A stretch of 64,000 bases of DNA from an uncultured Spirochaetales bacterium (GTDB lineage Bacteria; Myxococcota_A; UBA9160; UBA6930): assembly GCA_964615365.1 (NCBI GenBank), contig CAZTOU010000016.1, positions 28,277-92,276 of the forward strand, given 5' to 3'. Positions 45,514-54,993 of the stretch are shown piece after piece. The translations under genes and the position numbers were made by a program. The number at the start of each line of letters is the position of its first letter. Position 1 is the first letter of the stretch. The notes beneath the pieces are model-generated. The model was not told the origin of the DNA, did no database searches, and was given only the letters and a program-made list of their open reading frames with translations.

Positions 45514-46617
45514 CTAGCGGGCGGCGAGCCCTTCCCCGAGCTTCGCGAGCTGCAGGGTGCCGGACCCGAGGCGGATTCCGATCTGCCGGGCCCACAGGTA
45601 GTAGCGGTGAAGGGAGTAGTCGAGGTCCACGCCGATGCCGCCGTGGAGATGCTGCGCGGCGTAGGTGACCCTGGCGCCGCCCTCACAGGCGAAGTACTTG
45701 GCGATTGCCAGTATCTCGGAGGCCGCCTCCCCCTGCACCAGCACGTGCAGGGCCCTCTGCAGGGTGAGCCGCATCGCCGTCACGTCGATGAAGGCGTCGG
45801 CGGCCCGCGCGTGTACCGCCTGGAAGCTTCCCACCGGCCGGCCGAACTGCTTCCGCTCGGCCGTGTAGCGGGCGGTGATGTGAAGGGCGCGCTCGGCCAC
45901 GCCGAGCTGCATGGCGCACTGAGCCAGGAACGCGCGGTCGAGAGTCCAGCGGAGCATCTCCTCCCCGCGATCCGGAGCGCCCAGCAGGTCGTTCTCGGGG
46001 ACGCGCACGCTGGCGAGCTCCATCTCGCACTGCAGCTCCCGGTTCGTCGTCACCTGTGTTTCGAGAGCCACCCCCTCGGTGCGCGGATCCACCAGGAAGA
46101 GGCCCAGCTCACCGCCCTCGAGCCGGGCCGGTACCAGCACGCGATTGGCGATTCCGGCCATCGGAACGAAGGGGCGGATGCCCTCCAGTCGCCATCCGGT
46201 GCCGTCGTGCCTCGCCGACGTCTCCGAGTACTCCGTCTCCACCAGAGAGGCGCTCAGGATGATGTCCCCGGTGGCGACGCCGGGAAGCAACCGCTGCTTC
46301 TGCTCCTCGGAGCCGAACTCGGCGATCGGGAGGGCGCCGAGCACCAGGGTGGCGTAGACCGGCACCGGGGCCACCGCGCGTCCGATCTCCTCGAGGAGGA
46401 TGGCGAGCCCCGGAAGACCCAGCTCGCTCCCCCCGTACGCTTCCGGGATGGCGACACCCAGCAGGTTCGCCTGGGCGAGCGCGCTCCAGGCCTTGCGGTC
46501 GATGCGGTCCTGGCTCGCCTCGACCTCTCGGAGCCGCTCCTGAGTGATGTGATCGTCGAGGATCTTGCGGGCGAGCTCGCGCAATGCCTGCTCGTCCTCG
46601 CTGTAGGAGAAGTCCAC
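45514..46617 (-). CDS. Acyl-CoA dehydrogenase family protein (second of an adjacent pair)
   Basis: GTG 46617 lies 10 nt after the upstream TAG, with GGAG in between. 'FSYSEDEQALRELARKILDD' is an ACAD N-terminal helix, and the ACAD fold is recognisable throughout. Confidence 0.8.
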   Translation of the reverse strand: MDFSYSEDEQALRELARKILDDHITQERLREVEASQDRIDRKAWSALAQANLLGVAIPEAYGGSELGLPGLAILLEEIGRAVAPVPVYATLVLGALPIAEFGSEEQKQRLLPGVATGDIILSASLVETEYSETSARHDGTGWRLEGIRPFVPMAGIANRVLVPARLEGGELGLFLVDPRTEGVALETQVTTNRELQCEMELASVRVPENDLLGAPDRGEEMLRWTLDRAFLAQCAMQLGVAERALHITARYTAERKQFGRPVGSFQAVHARAADAFIDVTAMRLTLQRALHVLVQGEAASEILAIAKYFACEGGARVTYAAQHLHGGIGVDLDYSLHRYYLWARQIGIRLGSGTLQLAKLGEGLAAR

Positions 46618-46627
46618 TCTCCGGCTC

Positions 46628-47803
46628 CTAGTCCTTGTAGTGGGGCATCTCGAGGCCCGCCACGGCGATGATGTCACGCTGGACCTCGTTGGTTCCGCCT
46701 CCGAAGGTAAGGATGAGCGAGGCCCGGTACATGAGCTCCAGGAATCCGCTCATCACCGCTCGCGGGGATCCCTCCTTCACGCAGCCGGCCTCGCCGACCA
46801 CCTCCATCAGGAGCTTGTAGCCCTCGACGTTGAACTCGCTGCCGTAGACCTTCACCGCGGAGGCTTCGGCCGGGTGCAGCTCTCCCCGGGTCAGGGCCCA
46901 GGCCTGCTTCCAGTTCATCAGCCGGAGTACCTCGAGATGGGCCCGGAACTTCGCCAGGTTGAGCTGGACCCAGGGCTGGTCGATCACCCTCCGGCCGTCC
47001 ACGAGCTTCGTCTCCCGTGCCCACTCACAGACCTCCTCAAAGATCCGCTGGATCGGGCCCGCGTTGAAGAGGGAGACGCGCTCGTGGTTGAGCTGGCTCA
47101 CGATCAGCGTCCATCCCTGGTTCTCCGGACCGATCCGGTTGGCGACCGGCACGCGAACGTCTTCGTAGTAGGTCGCCGTGGTGCGCACGCCGGACACCGT
47201 GTGGATGGGCGTCCACTTGAAGCCGGGAGCGTCCGTCGGAACCACCAGGATCGAGATCCCCCGATGCTTGGGAGCCTCGGGATCGGTGCGCGCCGCCACC
47301 CAGATGTAGTCCGCGAAGTCCGCCAGGCTGGTGAACACCTTGGTTCCGTTGACGACGTACTCGTCGCCATCGCGAACCGCGGTGGTGGTGAGCGCCGCCA
47401 GATCGGTGCCGGCTTCGGGCTCCGAGTAGCCGATCGCGAACTGCGACTCTCCGCGCAGGATGGGGGGGAGAAATCGCTCCTTCTGCTCGTCGGTGCCGAA
47501 CTGCATGATGGTCGGTCCGACGGTGCTCAGGCTGAGGAAGGGAAGCGGAAAGCCGGCGCGCTGGATCTCCTCGGAGAAGATGTACTGCTCGATGGGGGAG
47601 CGGCCCTGACCGCCGTACTCCTCGGGCCAGCTGATGCCGAGCCAGCCGTCCTCGCCGAGCTGCTTGAGGATCCTCGTGTACTCCGGGCCTCCTCCCTCCG
47701 AGTCGCGCAGCTCCTCGCGCAACGCGTCGGTGATCAGCTCGCCGAAGTACGCGCGCAGCTCGGCGCGAAGCGCCTTCTGCTCGCTGGTGAGATCCACGTA
47801 CAT
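46628..47803 (-). CDS. Acyl-CoA dehydrogenase family protein (first of an adjacent pair)
   Basis: 391-aa ORF with 'LTSEQKALRAELRAYF', 'GYSEPEAGTDL' and a C-terminal 'FGGGTNEVQRDIIA'. Confidence 0.85.
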   Translation of the reverse strand: MYVDLTSEQKALRAELRAYFGELITDALREELRDSEGGGPEYTRILKQLGEDGWLGISWPEEYGGQGRSPIEQYIFSEEIQRAGFPLPFLSLSTVGPTIMQFGTDEQKERFLPPILRGESQFAIGYSEPEAGTDLAALTTTAVRDGDEYVVNGTKVFTSLADFADYIWVAARTDPEAPKHRGISILVVPTDAPGFKWTPIHTVSGVRTTATYYEDVRVPVANRIGPENQGWTLIVSQLNHERVSLFNAGPIQRIFEEVCEWARETKLVDGRRVIDQPWVQLNLAKFRAHLEVLRLMNWKQAWALTRGELHPAEASAVKVYGSEFNVEGYKLLMEVVGEAGCVKEGSPRAVMSGFLELMYRASLILTFGGGTNEVQRDIIAVAGLEMPHYKD

Positions 47804-47837
47804 GGGGGCCTCCGGACGGGTGCGCGGGAGCCCGCGT

Positions 47838-49457
47838 TCAGCCGAGCGCCTCGGTAGCCGCGCGCCGGGCCCAGGGATAGTCGGGCTTGCCGCTCGGCTG
47901 CCGCTGGATCCGCTCCACCAGGTGGAGAGCCCGCGGCACCTTGTAGCGCGCCAGCTGTGTGCGGCAGTGGTCGGTCAGCGCCTCGAGGGCTGGAGTCCTG
48001 CCGGAACGGGGCTGGACCACGGCCGTGACCTTCTCGCCCCAGCGCTCGTCGGGAATGCCCACGACGAGGGCGTCGAAGACGTCCTCGTGGGACTTGAGGG
48101 CGGCCTCCACCTCCTCGGGATAGATCTTCTCACCCCCCGAGTTGATGCAGACGTCGCCTCGACCGAGGAGGATGATCGAGCCGTCCGCCTCCACCTTGGC
48201 CAGGTCCCCAGGCATCGAGTAACGCTTTCCCTGCACTTCGATGAAGGTAGCGGCGGTCTTGGCGGGATCCTTGTAGTAGCCACGGGGAATGTTGCCGCCG
48301 CGGGCCACCTTGCCGATCACGTCGGAGCCGGGCTCCACCGGCTGCAGGTGCTCGTCGAGGACGATGGTGTCGCGACCGGGATTGATGCGGACGCCCGCCC
48401 CCTCGCGCCGGGTCTTGTCATCGGCATCGTACATCGCGGTGCCGTTGTATCCGGTCTCGGAGGAGCCCAGCGAGTCGGTGATGATCAGGTTGGGGAGCTT
48501 CTCCTTGAGCTGGGCCTTCACCGAGGGAGAGAAGATCGCCGCGGTGCTGGCCAGGGCCACCACCGAGGAGATGTCGTACTCGCCGGAGGCCTGGGCGAGC
48601 CGATCGGCCAGTGGACGCGCCATCGCGTCACCGGTGATGTAGAGGACGTTGGCTCGCTCGCGCTCGACGGTCCGCCAGACCTGGTCCGCGTCGAAGTGGG
48701 GCTGCGCGTAGAGGACGGTCTTCTGGCCGATGAAGAGGCCGATCAGGATCGCCCACTGCGCCGCGCCGTGCATCAGCGGTGGCATCACCATCATGGTGAG
48801 CGACGGGTTGGCGGTCTTGGCGGTCATGTCCTCGGGACGCTCGGCGGGCACCCCGGTCACGTGATCGATGCCGCCGCCGAGAGCGAAGATCACGTCCTCC
48901 TGACGCCAGATCACGCCCTTGGGCATACCGGTGGTCCCACCGGTGTAGAGGACGTAGAGATCGTCGGGTGAGCGCGGCTCGAAGCCCCGGTCCGGGCTGG
49001 CGGCGGCCAGCGCCTCCTCCCAGGGAACGGAGCCGATCGCGGCGAGGTCTTCACCACTCTGATCGTCGATGGCGACGAAGTGCTGGAGCTTCGGGAGCCG
49101 ATCCCGCACCGAGGCGATCCGCGGGGTGAACTGGCGCTGGTGGACTGCGGCGACCAGGTCGGCGTTGTCGAAGAGATACTGGAGCTCCTGCTCGACGTAG
49201 CGGTAGTTGACGTTGATGGGAACCGCGCGGAGCTTGTAGCAGGCGAGCATGGCCTCGACGTACTCGGCGCAGTTGTAGGCGTAGACGCCGACGTGGTCCC
49301 CGGCCCGGACGCCGTTCTCGGCCAGATGATGCGCGGCGCGGTTGGCGCGCTGGTCGAGCGAAGCGAAGGTGTGGCGCACCTCTCCGGCCACCAGCGCTTC
49401 CCGCTCCGGAACCGCATCGACGGCGGCTTCCACCAAGTCGGCGACGTTGAACTCCAT
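47838..49457 (-). CDS. Acyl-CoA synthetase (AMP-forming, FadD-like)
   Basis: 539-aa ORF with 'YTGGTTGMPKGV' and 'GDLAKVEADGSIILLGRGDVCINSGGEKI'. Confidence 0.9.
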   Translation of the reverse strand: MEFNVADLVEAAVDAVPEREALVAGEVRHTFASLDQRANRAAHHLAENGVRAGDHVGVYAYNCAEYVEAMLACYKLRAVPINVNYRYVEQELQYLFDNADLVAAVHQRQFTPRIASVRDRLPKLQHFVAIDDQSGEDLAAIGSVPWEEALAAASPDRGFEPRSPDDLYVLYTGGTTGMPKGVIWRQEDVIFALGGGIDHVTGVPAERPEDMTAKTANPSLTMMVMPPLMHGAAQWAILIGLFIGQKTVLYAQPHFDADQVWRTVERERANVLYITGDAMARPLADRLAQASGEYDISSVVALASTAAIFSPSVKAQLKEKLPNLIITDSLGSSETGYNGTAMYDADDKTRREGAGVRINPGRDTIVLDEHLQPVEPGSDVIGKVARGGNIPRGYYKDPAKTAATFIEVQGKRYSMPGDLAKVEADGSIILLGRGDVCINSGGEKIYPEEVEAALKSHEDVFDALVVGIPDERWGEKVTAVVQPRSGRTPALEALTDHCRTQLARYKVPRALHLVERIQRQPSGKPDYPWARRAATEALG

Positions 49458-49483
49458 TTGGGAGCCCTCCGTTTGCAGTGCGG

Positions 49484-49501
49484 ATTGAAACGTGTTCTAA
49501 T
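49484..49501. promoter_or_regulatory. Operator-like palindrome related to the tetR operator, in the divergent fadD-like/ACAD promoter region
   Basis: ATTGAAAC-GT-GTTCTAAT, compared with ATTGAAAC-AG-GTTTCAAT at 60429-60446. It lies 27 nt from ATG 49457(-) and 30 nt from ATG 49531(+). Confidence 0.35.
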
Positions 49502-49530
49502 TATGAACCAACCGACTGCAAAGGCCAATC

Positions 49531-50718
49531 ATGGATCTTAGGGACTCCCCCAAGGAAGCGGAATTCCGCGCCGAGGCGCGCGCCTTCCTCGACGCCCACG
49601 CCCCCGAGGAGCCCATCGACTTCTTCGACGAAGAAGCCGACGAGGAGGATCTCCTCGAGCGGTCGCTCCGCTGGCAGAGAATCCTCTTCGATCACGGCTG
49701 GGCGGCGGCGACCTGGCCCCGGGAGTACGGAGGGCGCGGGCTGGGTCCGATCGAGCAGATCATCTGGAACCAGGAGCTTTCTCGCGCCGGCTTCGGCGAG
49801 ACTCTCTTCGTGGTCGGGATCGGAATGGCAGGCCCCACCATCATCGCGCACGGAACCGAGGAGCAGAAGGAGCGCTTCCTCGCGCCGATGCTGCGCGGCG
49901 ACGAGATCTGGTGCCAGCTCTTCAGCGAGCCCGGAGCCGGCTCCGATCTGGCCGGCGTGGCGTGTCGCGCGGAGCGGGAAGGCGACGAATGGGTGATGAC
50001 CGGCCAGAAGACCTGGTGCTCGGGGGCACACTACGCGCACTTCGGAATCCTGCTGGCCCGCACCGATCCGAAGGTCCCCAAGAACCAGGGCATCACCTAT
50101 TTCCTGTTGGACATGCGCTCGCCGGGAATCGAGGTGTGTCCGTTGCGCCAGATGACGGGCGGCTCCCACTTCAGCGAGGTCTTTCTAAGCGAGGTGCGCG
50201 TTCCCGACGCCAGCCGCCTCGGTGCCGAGGGTGAGGGCTGGGCGGCCGCCCGGACCACGCTGATGAACGAGCGCATGGCGATCGGCGGCATGGAGCGGAT
50301 GTTCTCCTTCGACGAGCTCCGCGATCTTCTCCGGGCGAGACCCGACGGCATCGACGACGTGATGCGGGACGAGGCGGCGCGAATCCACACCTGGGCGCGG
50401 ACCCTCGATCTCTTGAACAAGCGCATCATCACCAAGCTCGGCAAGGGAATGATCCCCACCGCCGAGGCGTCGGTGATGAAGCTCGCCATGGCGCGCCTGA
50501 TCAGCCGGGGATCAGATCTGGCGCTGCGCGCCCTGGGAGCCGGCGCCCTGCTGCGGCCCGGTAGCTGGCAGAACCAGTTCCTCTACGCGCCGGCCTTCCA
50601 CATCGGCGGCGGCACCGACGAGATCCAGAAGAACATCGCGGCGGAGCGGGTGCTCGGTCTCCCTCGGGAGCCGGCCACCGATCGCGAGGTCCCCTTCGAC
50701 GAGCTCCCGCGGAGCTGA
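49531..50718 (+). CDS. Acyl-CoA dehydrogenase
   Basis: 395-aa ORF with 'EAEFRAEARAFLDAH', 'FSEPGAGSDL' and 'GGGTDEIQKNIAAERVLGLP'. Confidence 0.9.
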   Translation: MDLRDSPKEAEFRAEARAFLDAHAPEEPIDFFDEEADEEDLLERSLRWQRILFDHGWAAATWPREYGGRGLGPIEQIIWNQELSRAGFGETLFVVGIGMAGPTIIAHGTEEQKERFLAPMLRGDEIWCQLFSEPGAGSDLAGVACRAEREGDEWVMTGQKTWCSGAHYAHFGILLARTDPKVPKNQGITYFLLDMRSPGIEVCPLRQMTGGSHFSEVFLSEVRVPDASRLGAEGEGWAAARTTLMNERMAIGGMERMFSFDELRDLLRARPDGIDDVMRDEAARIHTWARTLDLLNKRIITKLGKGMIPTAEASVMKLAMARLISRGSDLALRALGAGALLRPGSWQNQFLYAPAFHIGGGTDEIQKNIAAERVLGLPREPATDREVPFDELPRS

Positions 50719-50791
50719 ACCTGGCTAGACGTGGTGGAAACGCCACATCTCTAGGGTCAATTCCGGAGTAGTACCTACCGATAGGATCGCA

Positions 50792-51436
50792 ATGGACTCT
50801 CCGGCGAACCCTCGCGTCACGGTTGCGATCCACGCGTCGGCCCGGGCCTTCGCGGCCGGCACCGAGACGGCGCTGGGCCGCCTCGGCTACCACCTGCTCC
50901 GGGCGGAGATCGCCGAGAACGGCGAAGACCGGTCCCGGTTCTCCATCCGCATCGTCGATGACCGGCAGCTCGAGAAGGTCCCCGTCGAAGGCAACGGTCA
51001 CGCGATTCCGATCGTCCTGCTGACGGGAGCCCGCGGGCCCCTCGCCAGCGACACCCGAACCGTCGGCACGGTGCGCCGCCGCGCCGGCCTGAAAGAGATC
51101 TTCGCGCTCTTGCAGCACACTCTGGAGGCGACTCCTCGCTCCGTGCCTCGCGTCCCCACCTCACTCCCCGCCCGCTGCATTCGCGGCAACCACGGCTGGG
51201 CCGGCGCGATCCGCTCCATCTCCGAGAAGGGCTGTCTCCTCCACAGCACCGAGCGTCTGGAGCCCGACCGAAGGGTCGATCTCCACTTCGCGCTGCCGAG
51301 CGAAGGACTCCTGCAGATCCCCGCCCAGCCCTCCTACGTGGACGGCAAGCGCGCGGGCCTGGTCTTCCGCAACCCCTCGGATCAGACCCGCTCGGCGATC
51401 GCAGGCTACGTGACCGCCCTTCTCACCGGAAAGTAG
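50792..51436 (+). CDS. PilZ-domain protein with a receiver-like N-terminal half
   Basis: The C-terminal half carries 'PRSVPRVP' (RxxxR-like) and 'SISEKGCLL' (xxSxxG-like). The N-terminus resembles a degenerate receiver fold. Confidence 0.5.
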   Translation: MDSPANPRVTVAIHASARAFAAGTETALGRLGYHLLRAEIAENGEDRSRFSIRIVDDRQLEKVPVEGNGHAIPIVLLTGARGPLASDTRTVGTVRRRAGLKEIFALLQHTLEATPRSVPRVPTSLPARCIRGNHGWAGAIRSISEKGCLLHSTERLEPDRRVDLHFALPSEGLLQIPAQPSYVDGKRAGLVFRNPSDQTRSAIAGYVTALLTGK

Positions 51437-51466
51437 CGCCGAGGGATCCCCGTCTTCATCGGTGGT

Positions 51467-51877
51467 ATGCTCGGCAGCCCGATGAACCTCTTCCTGCTCT
51501 TCGCCGCCGCAGTGCTTTTCTGCATCGGCATCCTGCACACAGTGGTCGCCGAGTGGAAAGGAGACAGGCGCCTGGTCTCGCGCATCACCCGCCTGACGCT
51601 CTTCGACTCGGACGATGACAAGGATGCTCTGGCCAAGAGGATCGTGCGTCTGGCCTGGCACGCCACCTCTCTCGTCTGGTGCGGCTGTGCAGTCGTGCTG
51701 GCCTACCTCGCCTTCGTCGAAGCATCCGGACCCGTCATCGCAGTCGTGCGAATCCTGTCCGTACTCTTCCTGCTCCACTCGGTGCTTTCCCTCGCCATCG
51801 CGCGGGGGAAACACCCTTCCTGGCTCGGCTTCCTGGTCGTCGCGGTCCTCTCGTTCCTGGGAACGATCCGCTTCTGA
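51467..51877 (+). CDS. Small four-TM membrane protein, hypothetical
   Basis: 136-aa ORF with four hydrophobic segments and good GC3. I recognise no family. Confidence 0.45.
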   Translation: MLGSPMNLFLLFAAAVLFCIGILHTVVAEWKGDRRLVSRITRLTLFDSDDDKDALAKRIVRLAWHATSLVWCGCAVVLAYLAFVEASGPVIAVVRILSVLFLLHSVLSLAIARGKHPSWLGFLVVAVLSFLGTIRF

Positions 51878-51887
51878 CCTATGGCTC

Positions 51888-53114
51888 TCACGGCTCCGCG
51901 AACGCGGTGGCGGCCCGACTGAAGAGGTCGTCCCACTGGTGCCAGGTGAGGTCACCGTAGCCCGAGCTGTTCTTCACCATGATGAGCTTCGATCGCGGCG
52001 AGACGTAGACGAGCTGTCCGAGATTCCCCTCCGCGGCGAAGTCGCAGTCGCGTTCACCGCGACAGATGCCCCACCACATGTACCCGTAGCGGAGACTCGC
52101 CGAGGGGAGATCGAACTCGGTCGGGTAGTAGGATCCGCGATCCGAGCGGGGCTCCATTCGCGTCGATTCGGCGACCCAGGCGGCGGGAACGATCTGGCGC
52201 CCTTCCCAGGCGCCGCCCTGCAGGTAGAGCCATCCGAAGCGGGCGAAGTCGATGGCGCGGGCGTTGATCCCGCTCTCCATCTTGGGAAAGCGCGTGGCGG
52301 TGCTGTCCAGGCTCCACGAGCCCGGGTACTCCATTCCGAGCGGCTTCCAGATCTTCTCCTGGAGATACTCCGCAACCGGCACGCCGGTCGCGCGCTCCAG
52401 GATCAGGCCGAGCAGGAGCGGGTGGTAGTTGTTGTAGTGGAACGCGGTGCCGGGTTGCCCGACGATGCGGGTGTGCCGGAGGGCCAGCGTGCGGAGGTCC
52501 GGGTAGTAGTAGGTCTTGGCGTCGTCCCCCGTGAGAAAGGGGAACTCCGCATATCGGATGCCGGACGACATCCGGAGCAGGTCCTCGATGGTGATGAGCG
52601 AGAAACGCGAATCGCGCTCGGAGAGCTCGGGTAGATAGGCAGTGATCGGGTCGCGCACGCCGCCGATCTTCCCCTCGCCGATGGCGATCCCCACCAGGGC
52701 GGAGACGAAGGACTTGGCCACCGAGAAGGACGTCACCACCGAATCACGCGCCGCACCACCGAAGTACTTCTCGTAGAGGATCGCATCGTCCTGAATCACG
52801 AGGAACGCCTGGGTGTCCCGAGCGGCGAGGAACTCGTCCAGCCGATCCACTTCCGGCTGCGCCTCGAAGAGACCCGCCACCCTCGCCTCATCCAGGCTGC
52901 GGCGGAAGCTGAACTCGGCGGGGCGGGTCTCGAGTTCCTGGGCGGGGAAACGCCGGTGGTCGTTCACGTCGGCGAGGTTCCACCAGAGCACCCTGTAGAC
53001 GTAGGTGGGCGGGTAGACCAGGCAGCTCACCAGCAGCGCGAAGCCGATCAGCGCGAGCAGCGCGCCGGTGATCCAGAGGAATCTGGAGCGGGACGCGGGG
53101 CTCGCGCTCGTCAT
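51888..53114 (-). CDS. Serine hydrolase, beta-lactamase/transpeptidase-like (class C-related) family
   Basis: 'SVAKSF' (SxxK). N-terminal TM helix 'LWITGALLALIGFALLVSC'. ATG 53114 is preceded by GGGGGAGG 7 nt upstream; the track ORF extends to 53177. Confidence 0.75.
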   Translation of the reverse strand: MTSASPASRSRFLWITGALLALIGFALLVSCLVYPPTYVYRVLWWNLADVNDHRRFPAQELETRPAEFSFRRSLDEARVAGLFEAQPEVDRLDEFLAARDTQAFLVIQDDAILYEKYFGGAARDSVVTSFSVAKSFVSALVGIAIGEGKIGGVRDPITAYLPELSERDSRFSLITIEDLLRMSSGIRYAEFPFLTGDDAKTYYYPDLRTLALRHTRIVGQPGTAFHYNNYHPLLLGLILERATGVPVAEYLQEKIWKPLGMEYPGSWSLDSTATRFPKMESGINARAIDFARFGWLYLQGGAWEGRQIVPAAWVAESTRMEPRSDRGSYYPTEFDLPSASLRYGYMWWGICRGERDCDFAAEGNLGQLVYVSPRSKLIMVKNSSGYGDLTWHQWDDLFSRAATAFAEP

Positions 53115-53131
53115 CACAAACCTCCCCCGAG

Positions 53132-53749
53132 CTACGGCTGCACTTCTCCGGGCGTTTCGTGATCCGTGCCTTGCCAATGCCCTCGCACCCCCGCGGCGAA
53201 CTCCTCCGGAGTGAGGCTTCCGTCGCCGTCGGTGTCGAGCTCGGCAAAGGGTGGTGCGGTGGCCATGCCTCGCAACATGCGCCCCTCCTTCGCTCGCGCG
53301 GTCACGCGGGCAGCCCGCCCCTCCGCGAACTCCGGCTCGTCGATGGCTCCGTCACCGTTCAAATCGAACTCGGAGAAGACAGGCGGGTCTACTCCTCTAC
53401 CCATGCCCGAACCGCGTCCCATCCCCCGCCCGCGGCCGCCCGCACCATGGACGGCGCCGAGCTCCTCAGAGGTGATCTGGCCATCCCCGTCGCCGTCCAC
53501 GTCACCGAAAGCGTGTCGCCTCCTCGTGGACGGAACGCCCGCCTTCTCCCGCGCCTCGTCGCGGCGGTCGTGCACCTGCTCGAACTCCACCTCGCTGATC
53601 GCGCCACTCCCGTCCAGGTCGAACATCTCGAACGGAATCGGCCCCCGAAGCGGCAAAGCCGCGGTGTCACCCCCCGCCCTGCCAATCCCCACCCCCAACA
53701 TCCCCACCAACACGGCGACACCAAGAACCCCGTAGCTCCGAGTCATCAT
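53132..53749 (-). CDS. Secreted EF-hand calcium-binding protein (four EF loops)
   Basis: 205 aa from ATG 53749, with GGAGG upstream. It has a signal peptide and loops 'DLDGSGAISEVEF', 'DVDGDGDGQITSEEL', 'DLNGDGAIDEPEF' and 'DTDGDGSLTPEEF'. Confidence 0.7.
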   Translation of the reverse strand: MMTRSYGVLGVAVLVGMLGVGIGRAGGDTAALPLRGPIPFEMFDLDGSGAISEVEFEQVHDRRDEAREKAGVPSTRRRHAFGDVDGDGDGQITSEELGAVHGAGGRGRGMGRGSGMGRGVDPPVFSEFDLNGDGAIDEPEFAEGRAARVTARAKEGRMLRGMATAPPFAELDTDGDGSLTPEEFAAGVRGHWQGTDHETPGEVQP

Positions 53750-53832
53750 CGACCTCCCCTTCCGCGATGATAGCCCGATCCCCCAGTTGCGATCCGCGGC
53801 GGGCGGCGCCCAACCTCCCCGGTCGCGCTCGC

Positions 53833-54963
53833 CTACAAGCCGAGCTGGGTCGCCAGACGGGCCCGGTGCGCGGCGGCGTCGCCGAACAGAATCTCCGACC
53901 CCTTGGCGCGCTTCAGATAGAGGTGCGCGTCGTGCTCCCAGGTGAAGCCGATTCCGCCGTGGATCTGGACGTTCTCGCTGGCGGCCAGCAGGAACGCGTC
54001 GGTGCACACGGACTTGGCGAGCGAAGCCGCCTCGGCGAGCTCCCCCGCGCGCTCGTCGGCCACCCACCAGGAGTAGTACCCCGCCGACTTCGCCAGCTCC
54101 ACCTCCAGCAGCACGTCGGCTGCCTTGTGCTTGATGGCCTGGAAGGAGCCGATCGGACGCGCGAACTGCATCCGCACCTTCGCGTACTCCACGGCCATGT
54201 CGAGGCACTTCTGGGAGGCACCGAGCATCTCCGCGGCCAGCATGATCACCGCTTGATCCATCGTCCTCTCGAGCGGGATCCAGCCCGCTCCCTCGGCGCC
54301 CAGGATCTCGCCCCGCGCACCCGAGAACTCGATCCGCGCCTGCTTGCGGATCTCGTCCATGGTCTCGAGCGGCGTCGCGAGAACGCCGGGGTCGTCACCC
54401 CGCACCGTGACGAGGGTGATGCCGTCGGTCCCCGCGCTTCCCTCGAGCCTGGCCGCCACCACCAGGAGGTCCGCGATCTGGCCGTCGATCACGAAGCTCT
54501 TGTGGCCGTCGAGCCGGTAGCCACCGCCGTCGGGCACCGCGACGAGGGTGATCCCGGCCGCGTCGAAGCGGCCCGAGTCCTCGCAGAGGGCGAGGGTCGC
54601 GAGCGTCTCACCGGAGACGATGCCTGGGAGCAGCGCCTGCTGCTGCACCTCGTCTCCCGCGTTCTGGATGCCGTTCGCCGCCAGGCAGACCGTCGAGAAG
54701 AAGGGCGACGGAAACAGCACCCGACCCATCTCCTCCTGAACGATGCCGAGCTCCAGGAAGCCGAAGCCCTGCCCGCCGAGCCGCTCGGGAATCTGGATCC
54801 CCTGGAGCCCCAGCTCCTCGGCCATCTGCTTCCATACGCCCGGGTCGTAGCCTTCGCTCGTCTCCATCAGCCGACGCAGCTCGGCCGAAGCTGACTTCTC
54901 CTCGAAGAAGCGCCGGAGGGTGTCGCGAAACTCATCCTGTTCTTCGCTGAAGGCGAAATCCAT
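53833..54963 (-). CDS. Acyl-CoA dehydrogenase family protein
   Basis: 376-aa ORF with 'FSEEQDEFRDTLRRFFEE' and an ACAD fold throughout. Confidence 0.85.
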   Translation of the reverse strand: MDFAFSEEQDEFRDTLRRFFEEKSASAELRRLMETSEGYDPGVWKQMAEELGLQGIQIPERLGGQGFGFLELGIVQEEMGRVLFPSPFFSTVCLAANGIQNAGDEVQQQALLPGIVSGETLATLALCEDSGRFDAAGITLVAVPDGGGYRLDGHKSFVIDGQIADLLVVAARLEGSAGTDGITLVTVRGDDPGVLATPLETMDEIRKQARIEFSGARGEILGAEGAGWIPLERTMDQAVIMLAAEMLGASQKCLDMAVEYAKVRMQFARPIGSFQAIKHKAADVLLEVELAKSAGYYSWWVADERAGELAEAASLAKSVCTDAFLLAASENVQIHGGIGFTWEHDAHLYLKRAKGSEILFGDAAAHRARLATQLGL

Positions 54964-54993
54964 GCTGCTGGGTCTCCGTCCCGCGGTACCGGC

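Noticed and set aside
50719-50791. TAGGAT hexamer 4 nt before the PilZ ATG as another leaderless promoter, and the small GTGG/CCAC hairpin as a terminator of the ACAD gene
   Set aside because: The spacing is too short for a -10 element to give an AUG-initiated leaderless transcript. The hairpin stem is only about 4-5 bp with no U-tract.
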